Shown here piece after piece: positions 38,234-46,124 of a stretch of 50,448 bases of DNA. Each line of letters opens with the position of its first letter. The stretch's first letter is position 1. The notes under the pieces were generated by a model that was given only the letters and a program-made list of their open reading frames with translations, did not search any database and was not told the origin of the DNA. Position numbers and translations under genes: made by a program. Source of the stretch: an uncultured Mycoplasmatota bacterium. Lineage in GTDB: Bacteria > Bacillota_I > Bacilli_A > RF39 > UBA660. The DNA lies in contig CAMNSB010000002.1 of the NCBI GenBank assembly GCA_946554325.1, positions 1 to 50,448 on the forward strand, given 5' to 3'.

Positions 38234-38698
38234 TTATTCACTCCTTTCATAAATTTCATCAACTATTATTTCTTCTACCGAATACTTTTCAACTTTTAGT
38301 TGTTTCTTGCACTCTTCTATTGAAATATCATTGCTTATGATTTCTGCAACCATTAACACATATTCTTTTACATATTGATAAAAATCATTTTGTTCTTGTT
38401 CGCTAATATATGGTATGGAATTTGATATTTTGTACTCTTTTCCTTCAAATATTAAATCAATTATAGAATATACATTATCCTCTTTATAAAATCCATATTG
38501 TTCTTCCTTCAGACCATTAAATTGCTTATTCATATTTTCCAATTCAATAGTTATATCTTCAATTGTGCCAATAACTTCATTTTTTTCTTTTTTTAAATCC
38601 ATTACTTTAGAAATAATCAAACCTATAATGATTGCTATAAAAACACCTATTATTTGTATACTATTTAAAATCAATTCTATTAAATTATCCCATTCCAT
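38234..38698 (-). CDS. Hypothetical membrane-anchored protein (N-terminal TM, coiled coil, acidic C-terminal domain)
   Basis: 154 aa. IQIIGVFIAIIIGLIISKV TM segment, then KKEKNEVIGTIEDITIELENMNKQFNGLKEE. No recognisable family. It is the first gene inside the island on the secA side. Confidence 0.5.
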   Translation of the reverse strand: MEWDNLIELILNSIQIIGVFIAIIIGLIISKVMDLKKEKNEVIGTIEDITIELENMNKQFNGLKEEQYGFYKEDNVYSIIDLIFEGKEYKISNSIPYISEQEQNDFYQYVKEYVLMVAEIISNDISIEECKKQLKVEKYSVEEIIVDEIYERSE

Positions 38699-38742
38699 AC
38701 CTTACCGCCTCTCAATTTATTATTTTAACTATTTTCTACAAT

Positions 38743-38916
38743 AAAGGATGTCAACAAATTTTATTTTGCTGGCATCCTTTAATTTTAATGGATTTTGTCC
38801 ACATTTTATTCAATTGGTTGACAAACAACAAATTTGTTACCTTTTTGATTTTTTACTTTTCCCTTATTTTATCTTACTTTCCACAACATTGCTTATACTT
38901 CTTTCCCGAACCACAA
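38743..38916. repeat. secA-proximal copy of the att-like direct repeat
   Basis: See 34968-35150. It covers the last 14 codons of secA and about 130 nt downstream, including the hairpin AAAGGATG...CATCCTTT and one TTGTCCACA motif (38795-38803). Confidence 0.75.
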
Positions 38917-41366
38917 GGACATGGATCATTACGCCCTATTTTTTTTACTCTTTTTGGTTGTTTTTTGCTTTCTTTTTCAGTACCTTCATTTGCTTTTTTA
39001 TTTTTCACTACTTCTTTACGTTCAATATTTTGCCGAATTTCTGCTTTTAACAAGAAGATGGAAGTGTCCTTATCAATCTTTTGTAACATTTGATCAAATA
39101 AATCAAATCCCTCCATTGTGTATGCACGTAGTGGATCTTCTTGAGCATAACCACGAAGTCCAATTCCTTCTCTTAAATGGGACATTGTATTAATATGTTC
39201 CATCCAGTAATTATCAATTACTTGAAGGGAAATTGCTTTTTCAAATTCTCCTGTTACTTCTTCTGGAATTTCTGATAGTTTTTCTTCATAGGCATCCACT
39301 ACCAATTTATATAGTTTGTCAATTACTTCATTTTCATCTTCACCTTTAATGGATGATACTTTAATATCTTTTTTCAATAAATTTTCGTTGGCAAACTCCA
39401 CAATATCTTCCATATCTTCCTCAGTTAAATATCCTTCTGGTGCAATATGGGATTTTACTAAGTCTTCTGTATGATGGCGGAATGTATCTAAAATTGTTTC
39501 ATGAATCGAATCATTATCTAAAATTTCATTTCGCTTATCATACATAATTTCACGTTGATTGTTCATTACATCATCGTATTGTAGCAGTTGTTTACGGGTA
39601 TCAAAGTTGTTTCCTTCTACACGGGTTTGAGCTGTTCCAATTGATTTGGTAAAGGTTTTACTTTGAATAGCTTGCTCTCCAAGTCCCATTGTTTTCATTA
39701 AATCTCGAATTCTATCACTTCCAAAACGAACCATTAACTCATCTTCCATAGAAACGAAGAATTGTGTATATCCTGGATCACCTTGACGGCCAGAACGACC
39801 ACGCAACTGGTTATCTATACGACGAGACTCATGACGTTCTGTACCAACAACACATAATCCGCCTAGTTCTCTAATTTCATCCGATAATTTAATATCAGTA
39901 CCACGTCCAGCCATATTGGTGGCAATGGTTACTGATTTATGTTGACCGATTTTAGAAATAATCTCTGCTTCACGTGCATGGTTTTTGGCATTTAATACTT
40001 CATGTGGTATTTTTGCTTGTTTTAGAAGTTTACTAATTAATTCACTGGTCTCAATTGCAATGGTACCAATCAAAACTGGTTGTCCTCTATTATAACAATC
40101 TTTCACAAAATCAATAATTGCATGATATTTTGCCTCCTGTGTCGCATAGACTAAGTCTGGTGCATCGATTCTTTCTACAGGACGGTTTGTTGGAATTTCA
40201 ATTACATACATATTATAAGTATCACGGAATTCTTCTTCCTCCGTCTTCGCAGTTCCTGTCATACCAGCAAGTTTTTGATACATTCTAAATAAGTTTTGGA
40301 ATGTAATAGTAGCAAGTGTTTTTGTCTCTTGATTAATCGTTACGCCTTCTTTAGCCTCGATTGCTTGATGAAGTCCATCACTATAAGCACGCCCCTTCAT
40401 AAGACGTCCTGTAAATTGATCGACAATTATGATTTCATCATCTTGTACTACATAATCAAAATCTTTCTTCATAGCATAATTTGCACGTAATGCTTGATTG
40501 ATATAGTGTACCAGGGTAGCATTATTTATATCGTATAAATTGTCTATGTGAAACATTTTTTCTGCTTTAACACTTCCAGAGTCATTTAAATTGACACTTT
40601 TTGTCTTCTCATCATAAATATAGTCTTCATCCAATTTTAGCCCTTTTACAAATCGATCAGCATCTATATAAAGGTTGGCACTTTGCATTTGTCCTCCCGA
40701 AATAATAAGTGGGGTTCTTGCTTCATCAATTAAAACTGAGTCAACCTCATCGATAATGGCAAAGTTTAATGGTCTTTGTACTCGTTCTTCTTTATGTACT
40801 ACCATATTGTCTCGTAAGTAATCAAAACCTAATTCGTTATTGGTAGTGTATAAAATATCACAGGCATACTGTTCTTGTTTTTCTTCGGCACTTAAATCAC
40901 GACTATTTACACCAACTGTTAGTCCTAAAAATCTGTGGATTCCACCCATCCATTCTGCATCACGTCCTGCTAAGTATTCATTAACTGTAATAATATGAAC
41001 ACCTTTTCCAGTTAAGGCATTTAAATATGCTGGTAGGACACTTGTTAAAGTTTTTCCTTCACCAGTTTTCATCTCAGCAATATTTCCATAATGAATTGCT
41101 TGTCCACCTAATAGTTGTACATAGAAAGGTTTTTCCCCAATGACACGATATGATGCTTCTCTTGCTACAGCGAAAGCTTCTACTAGAATATCATCTAGAG
41201 TTTCTCCTTTTTTTAATCTTTCTTTAAATTCTTCTGTTTTGGCTTTTAGCTCTGTATCTGTTAGATTAGACATTTCTTCTTCTAGTTCCATAATAGCATC
41301 TGCTTGATGTTCAAACTTTTTTAATTCTTTATATTCATGATCAAACATTTTTCTAATAAAATTCAT
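38874..41366 (-). CDS. secA: Preprotein translocase ATPase SecA
   Basis: 830 aa. MKTGEGKT Walker A, DEVDS, and the C-terminal zinc-binding tail CPCGSGKKYKQCCGK. Confidence 0.97.
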   Translation of the reverse strand: MNFIRKMFDHEYKELKKFEHQADAIMELEEEMSNLTDTELKAKTEEFKERLKKGETLDDILVEAFAVAREASYRVIGEKPFYVQLLGGQAIHYGNIAEMKTGEGKTLTSVLPAYLNALTGKGVHIITVNEYLAGRDAEWMGGIHRFLGLTVGVNSRDLSAEEKQEQYACDILYTTNNELGFDYLRDNMVVHKEERVQRPLNFAIIDEVDSVLIDEARTPLIISGGQMQSANLYIDADRFVKGLKLDEDYIYDEKTKSVNLNDSGSVKAEKMFHIDNLYDINNATLVHYINQALRANYAMKKDFDYVVQDDEIIIVDQFTGRLMKGRAYSDGLHQAIEAKEGVTINQETKTLATITFQNLFRMYQKLAGMTGTAKTEEEEFRDTYNMYVIEIPTNRPVERIDAPDLVYATQEAKYHAIIDFVKDCYNRGQPVLIGTIAIETSELISKLLKQAKIPHEVLNAKNHAREAEIISKIGQHKSVTIATNMAGRGTDIKLSDEIRELGGLCVVGTERHESRRIDNQLRGRSGRQGDPGYTQFFVSMEDELMVRFGSDRIRDLMKTMGLGEQAIQSKTFTKSIGTAQTRVEGNNFDTRKQLLQYDDVMNNQREIMYDKRNEILDNDSIHETILDTFRHHTEDLVKSHIAPEGYLTEEDMEDIVEFANENLLKKDIKVSSIKGEDENEVIDKLYKLVVDAYEEKLSEIPEEVTGEFEKAISLQVIDNYWMEHINTMSHLREGIGLRGYAQEDPLRAYTMEGFDLFDQMLQKIDKDTSIFLLKAEIRQNIERKEVVKNKKANEGTEKESKKQPKRVKKIGRNDPCPCGSGKKYKQCCGK

Positions 41367-41451
41367 AATAGTTCCACTCTCCTTATCCCATTATTCTATC
41401 AAAAAAAAAGAAATGTGTTAAGTCTTTTTCCAACTTTCATTCTTTTATCTT

Positions 41452-42021
41452 TTAAATATCTTTACGATAACAATATCTTACATCAGAAATTGGACCTTTT
41501 TTATGTTCTAATTCCATCTTTAATACTTTTGTCATAATTGTTGCCTGTTCTAATAATGTCATATTTATTGATTCAAACTGTGCTAATTTATAAGAGGAAT
41601 CAAAAGTGGCTATCAGATGGGGATTATCACAATCATTTTCTGATGACATTAATATAGGGTACCCTAGTGATAGGGCATCAAAGAATCTTTGATAAATAAA
41701 CTGAAGCGATGTAACAAAACTTTCACTATATGTATTTGCCTCAAGTTTTTCTAATATCAGTTCTGCAAAGTCTAATGCTTCTTTAGGGTATATACTTATA
41801 TCTGCATTTGTTAGTGAAATGTAATTTGCACAACACTCAAATAAACTATCTTGATATACTTTTAGTTTTTCATCTGGTCCTACTGATTGTTCTGGAAATA
41901 AATAAAATAGTTCAAAATCAGATTCATTTTCTGAAATTTTATTTTTCATATGCTTTATAATATTCTTTTTAGTTTCTTCATTAAATATTTTGAAAAAATA
42001 ATTAATCTCTACTTTTTCCAT
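41452..42021 (-). CDS. Hypothetical cytoplasmic protein
   Basis: 189-aa acidic ORF between hpf and secA with no recognisable motif. Confidence 0.4.
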   Translation of the reverse strand: MEKVEINYFFKIFNEETKKNIIKHMKNKISENESDFELFYLFPEQSVGPDEKLKVYQDSLFECCANYISLTNADISIYPKEALDFAELILEKLEANTYSESFVTSLQFIYQRFFDALSLGYPILMSSENDCDNPHLIATFDSSYKLAQFESINMTLLEQATIMTKVLKMELEHKKGPISDVRYCYRKDI

Positions 42022-42081
42022 AATACTGCCTCTTCTCTTTGTCTATATTATATACATTTTTCTATAATAGTCAAATTTTAT

Positions 42082-42114
42082 CTATAAAAGAAAAAGACAG
42101 TATTTGCCTTTTTC
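42082..42114 (-). terminator. Intrinsic terminator after hpf
   Basis: Minus-strand GAAAAAGGCA-AAUAC-UGUCUUUUUC (10 bp, one G.U) followed by UUUUAU, starting 4 nt after the hpf stop. Confidence 0.6.
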
Positions 42115-42117
42115 TTT

Positions 42118-42645
42118 TTATTCAGATTCAATAACGCCATAGCCGCCATCTTTTCTTTTATAAACAACGGCATGAGTTGAAGTCTCACTATCTTTATACA
42201 TATAAAATTGATGTCCAAGAAGTTCCATTTGAAGTATTGCTTCTTCTTCATTCATTGGTTTTACTTCTACTTTTTTCCTCTTAACAACTTCCTTTTTTTC
42301 TTCTGGTTCTTCTTCTATAGCATTAAAATCAAATTCAACTACTGTTTTTGTCTGTCTTGCTACTAATTTCGTTTTATTCTTTCTAATTTGTCTTTCTAAA
42401 ACATCTACTGCTTTATCTACTGCTTTATAAAAGTCTTCTTGTTTTTCTTCACTTCTTAAAATAACTGTTTTTAGAGGAATTGTAATCTCGACTATTTGGT
42501 CTTTTCCTCTTACTTTAACTAAAACTGTACAACGAACACCATCTGCATTTTCTAGATACTTTTCTAACCTTCCTATTTTTTCGTCAATGTATGATTTCAT
42601 TGACTCTGTGACACTTAACTTGTCACCACGAATAATCATTTCCAT
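42118..42645 (-). CDS. hpf: Ribosome hibernation promoting factor (long form)
   Basis: 175 aa. N-terminal S30AE/YfiA-like domain (IRGDKLSVTESMKSYIDEKIGRLEKY), linker, and C-terminal dimerisation domain (KPMNEEEAILQMELLGHQFYMY). Confidence 0.9.
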   Translation of the reverse strand: MEMIIRGDKLSVTESMKSYIDEKIGRLEKYLENADGVRCTVLVKVRGKDQIVEITIPLKTVILRSEEKQEDFYKAVDKAVDVLERQIRKNKTKLVARQTKTVVEFDFNAIEEEPEEKKEVVKRKKVEVKPMNEEEAILQMELLGHQFYMYKDSETSTHAVVYKRKDGGYGVIESE

Positions 42646-42696
42646 ACCATTCGCCTCCTTTACTATATACTATCATAAAGACCAAAAAAAAACTAC

Positions 42697-42915
42697 TTAT
42701 TTTGTAGTAGTAGTTTCTTTTACTAGTTTCACATGATTCGCTTGTAATCCTTTAGATGTCTCAAGTAAAACAAACTCAACATATTGACCCTCAGCTAGTG
42801 TTTTATACCCGTCTTGTTCTATAGCAGAATAGTGTACAAAGATATCTTCGTTTTCTTTGTATTCTATAAAGCCATAACCCTTCTCATTGTTAAACCATTT
42901 AACGCGACCAATCAA
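42697..42915 (-). CDS. Cold-shock protein (CspA family)
   Basis: 72 aa. [15 protein letters not shown] (RNP1) and IFVHYSAI (RNP2). TTG start 6 nt after GGTGAGGTG. Confidence 0.92.
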   Translation of the reverse strand: MIGRVKWFNNEKGYGFIEYKENEDIFVHYSAIEQDGYKTLAEGQYVEFVLLETSKGLQANHVKLVKETTTTK

Positions 42916-43055
42916 CTTCTACACCTCACCTTCTTTTAATTCTTTTGCACATCAGGTTATTTTGTCATGCGCATTTTCATTTTACCACTTTTATTACGAT
43001 AGTTACGAAATTTCTGTTAATGGTAGTTCTGTGACTGTTTTTGGTAATATTTTCC

Positions 43056-43080
43056 TATAATTCGACAAAATTCGACAAAA
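43056..43080. promoter_or_regulatory. Tandem perfect Spo0A boxes next to a TATAAT in the csp/agrB intergenic region
   Basis: Plus-strand TATAAT at 43056-43061, followed by TTCGACAAAA twice (43061-43080). On the minus strand this reads TGTCGAA at 43061-43067 and 43071-43077, giving 10-bp phasing. Confidence 0.45.
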
Positions 43081-43172
43081 GTTAAAGGAAAAAGAACTCT
43101 GAATTGCTACTTTTTTTAGATATTTATTTTTTTGATATAGTATAGATGGTTCGGAGAAGATGAGGTGATTAT

Positions 43173-43766
43173 TTGAAACAAGCATTTTTAAGTAGGTCTA
43201 TGAAGTTTATTATTGCTTATAAAAGTTACACTGATGAAGAAATCGAGAAATTACGTTATGGATTAGAGGGATTATACTTAACTATTACCAAACTTGTTGT
43301 TATTTGTACTCTTGCTATCTTCCTTGATATGGTTAAAGATTTATTCTTATTACTTATATTGTTTAATGTTATTCGATTTTCAGGATTTGGATTTCATGCT
43401 AACAAAAGTTCCGAATGTTTAATTTTTTCTACTATTTTATTCATTGGATTACCTTCATTCATGAAATATTTTGCATTTGGTAATTTTGTATTTGCCATTG
43501 TTGGGGGAATTGGTGTCATCATTCTTGCTATTTATGCACCTGCTGATACTGTTAAACGACCACTACCAAATGTAAGAAAGAGAAAATTTAGAAAGATTGT
43601 TACTACTTGTACTGCTATTATCTACATGTTGCTTGCTTTATTTATTCATAATACTTGTATTAACTATTTATTTATTGTGGCAATCATATTAGAAGCTGTT
43701 ATGGTTAACCCTTTCACATATAAAATATTTGGACAGCCTTATAGAAATTATTTGGCTTATCAATAG
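43173..43766 (+). CDS. agrB: AgrB-like accessory gene regulator (AIP-processing membrane peptidase)
   Basis: 197 aa polytopic protein. N-terminal layout and conserved His/Cys context (FGFHANKSSECLIFS) as in AgrB. TTG start after GAGGTGA. Confidence 0.8.
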   Translation: MKQAFLSRSMKFIIAYKSYTDEEIEKLRYGLEGLYLTITKLVVICTLAIFLDMVKDLFLLLILFNVIRFSGFGFHANKSSECLIFSTILFIGLPSFMKYFAFGNFVFAIVGGIGVIILAIYAPADTVKRPLPNVRKRKFRKIVTTCTAIIYMLLALFIHNTCINYLFIVAIILEAVMVNPFTYKIFGQPYRNYLAYQ

Positions 43767-43820
43767 GCTTAGATATTAGTAATAGTATTTTAAGTAATCT
43801 ATAAGAGAGGAGAAGAGGGT

Positions 43821-43943
43821 ATGAAAAAAAGATTAGCTAAATTTTTTGGTGTTGTTGTACTAATGCTTACTGGTGCGGCATCAATGGGTTGTATGGTACT
43901 TTTAATAGATGAACCGTTAGCACCTGCTAGTTTAAGAGACTAA
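43821..43943 (+). CDS. agrD: AgrD-like autoinducing peptide precursor (unannotated small ORF)
   Basis: GAGAGGAGAAGAGGG RBS region, then ATG 43821. Translates MKKRLAKFFGVVVLMLTGAASMGCMVLLIDEPLAPASLRD*, with an amphipathic leader, a single Cys with hydrophobic residues after it, and an acidic DEP..P..L tail as in AgrD. Lies directly downstream of agrB. Confidence 0.6.
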   Translation: MKKRLAKFFGVVVLMLTGAASMGCMVLLIDEPLAPASLRD

Positions 43944-43958
43944 AAAACTACTGAGAAA

Positions 43959-45272
43959 TCAGTAATTTTTTTTTGGTAATATTACTATTTTTTGAATATA
44001 ATAGTCATCAATTATTCTTCTTTCTACAGTAAACCATTTTTCTTTATTTATTATTTTATTAATCAAATATAATCCTTTACCATGTCCAGTTCCTTTTGTA
44101 CTATATCCCTTTTGTGAAATCTTTTCTATTTTTACTTGGTCTTTTCTAAACTTATTTGATATTACTATATTCGTTGCACTATCCATATTATAAATTTCTA
44201 ATGTTAAAACTTTTTTTTTCATTTTTGCTATTTCATCTATCGCATTATCAATATATACTCCTAAGACTTTTGACAATACTTTATTTTCTTCATAAGTTAG
44301 TTGCTTTAGATTTTTAGTAACATTTTTACTTATATCTAAGACAATAGAAATTTTTTTGTTTTTTGCCACAATTATTTTATAATATAATAAACCTTTAATA
44401 CCACCTTTGGGGATGTTTTTTAATTGTGAGGCAACCATTTGATCTTCTGAATTTATATTGGTACCCATATCATTGATATATTTAATGGCATCTTTTTTCT
44501 TATTCCTTTCAATATATTGTTTTAGAACTGCAAGTTGATTTTTATATTCATGATTATTCAGTGAAATTTCATCAATACTATTTTCTAATTCTTTAAAATA
44601 ATCAAATAGACAATCATATTGAATCATCAAATTATTATATTCATTTCTATCTTTAAAAAAGATTAGAATTATGATTATGTATGTTACTGCAATTAGTAAG
44701 TTTATAAAGTATTGTTCACTCCATTGAAAATTCATACTAATATTATATAATACATATAAAATTACAACAATAGATGCTGTTAATAAAAATAAGGTTGAGA
44801 ATCTACTTCGATCGTTTAAATTGAAAATAAAATTTTTTAATTTATTTTTTATTGGAGTTATATTAATTATCATAATAGTAGCTCCACAAACAATAATATT
44901 AAATGGTAATATGTAATATCATATTCCTCTAACTTGTTCTATAGTCACCCAATTTATAAGTACTAGACTACCCATCAAGTCTGAAATAGAAAGTATTGCT
45001 ATCGTTATTAAAAGCGTTATTGTTATTTTATATATACTTTGCCTTGTTAAAAATTTAAAGGCTATAATATATAAGACTAGTTTTAATATGCCACTTTCTC
45101 CACTATATTTTACTTGATATGAAAAATAAGTAATAATTGTCAATATTGCTATTAGTAGTAATTGGTTTTTCTTTGTTGGTTTATATTCCTTATCTAACAT
45201 TGTTTTCATCAAATGCATTAAAGTTATGGCACAAATAGCTGCACATATTATTTTTACTACAATATTTGTCAT
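43959..45272 (-). pseudogene. agrC: AgrC-like sensor histidine kinase interrupted by a single in-frame TGA
   Basis: ORF 44919..45272 (4 TM) and ORF 43959..44873 (2 TM plus HEYKNQL H-box, IDNAIDE N-box, GYSTKGTGHGKGLY G-box) are in the same frame. They are separated only by TGA 44919-44921 and the hydrophobic read-through YYILPFNIIVCGATI. The combined 437 codons match AgrC length. Confidence 0.75.
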
Positions 45273-45314
45273 ATCTTTTTACTCCTTTTTATGTGCTTAA
45301 AGAAAAGCATTGGT

Positions 45315-46046
45315 TTATCGACTAGTTCTAACACGTATCATCAACTCCTTCTTTTTGTCTCTAGCGATAAGATGTGTATGTGTTCCATCTTTGAATATTA
45401 GCTTATTCTTAGAGGCATCATAACTTTCTATTTGATCGATATTTACAATTACACTTCTGTGAATTTTCATAAATCTCTTATCTAGTAATTTCAGTACAGA
45501 GTTTAAACTCCCAGCGCTCGTTTTATTACCATAGGTTGTATGAATGATACATCTTTTACTATCTTGTTCTTTTTCAATACTGATAATATGGCGAAAGTCT
45601 ATTTTATGACAAATGTGATTATACTCATATGATAGGCTTTTCTCCCTTTTATCATAATTACTCATCACTCTATTTAAGTCTTGCCTCAGTACTTTATCAC
45701 AGCCATTTAATTTGTTTACAAAATCAAATATAGCAAGTCTTGTACTCAATGCTTCGTATCTATATTCTTCATGTGAAGTTACGATGATAATAATAGATAT
45801 CCAGTCATCATATTTCTCTCTAATAATTCTAGCAGCATCTAAGCCAGTTCCTTCATTTGTTACTAAATCTAAGAAATATACTTTGAAGCCAATTTCGTCT
45901 TTTACAATATTTTCAAAATTCTTATCATAACCTTCAAAGTAATGAATTTTGTAATCTATCTCATAATTCATCATAAAATTATCTATCGCAGTCTTTATAA
46001 TATCTATAAATTGGTGATTATCTTCACAAACAATAAAATTAAGCAT
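45315..46046 (-). CDS. agrA: LytTR-family response regulator (AgrA-like)
   Basis: 243 aa. Receiver domain (VCEDN, YFLDL) and a C-terminal LytTR domain (FMKIHRSVIVNIDQI). Confidence 0.85.
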   Translation of the reverse strand: MLNFIVCEDNHQFIDIIKTAIDNFMMNYEIDYKIHYFEGYDKNFENIVKDEIGFKVYFLDLVTNEGTGLDAARIIREKYDDWISIIIIVTSHEEYRYEALSTRLAIFDFVNKLNGCDKVLRQDLNRVMSNYDKREKSLSYEYNHICHKIDFRHIISIEKEQDSKRCIIHTTYGNKTSAGSLNSVLKLLDKRFMKIHRSVIVNIDQIESYDASKNKLIFKDGTHTHLIARDKKKELMIRVRTSR

Positions 46047-46124
46047 AATCCACTACCCTCTCTATTCTTATTCATTTTACCATATTTTTCCACTTTATCA
46101 AAGATGATTAACAAAAAAGCAACT

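Larger units (their letters stand above)
35139..38916 (-). mobile_element. Small integrative island in the secA 3' end (integrase, RhuM-family gene, two-gene membrane cassette)
   Basis: Bounded by the 12-nt identical block CCCGAACCACAA at 35139-35150 and 38905-38916, which sits at the edge of the ~180-nt imperfect direct repeats. Contains a tyrosine recombinase gene. Confidence 0.65.

Noticed and set aside
43003-43185. 60-aa minus-strand ORF in the csp/agrB intergenic region.
   Set aside because: It has no RBS, it overlaps the agrB start and the tandem 0A boxes, and its composition looks like non-coding promoter DNA.
44919-44921. Reading the in-frame TGA in agrC as Trp (genetic code 4, Mollicutes-like) or as selenocysteine.
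   Set aside because: prfB is present with its UGA-dependent autoregulatory frameshift, and several solid genes in the window terminate in TGA, for example the radical SAM gene at 23384-23386. UGA is therefore a stop here. I saw no SECIS-like hairpin directly downstream, and a TM-helix position is implausible for selenocysteine.
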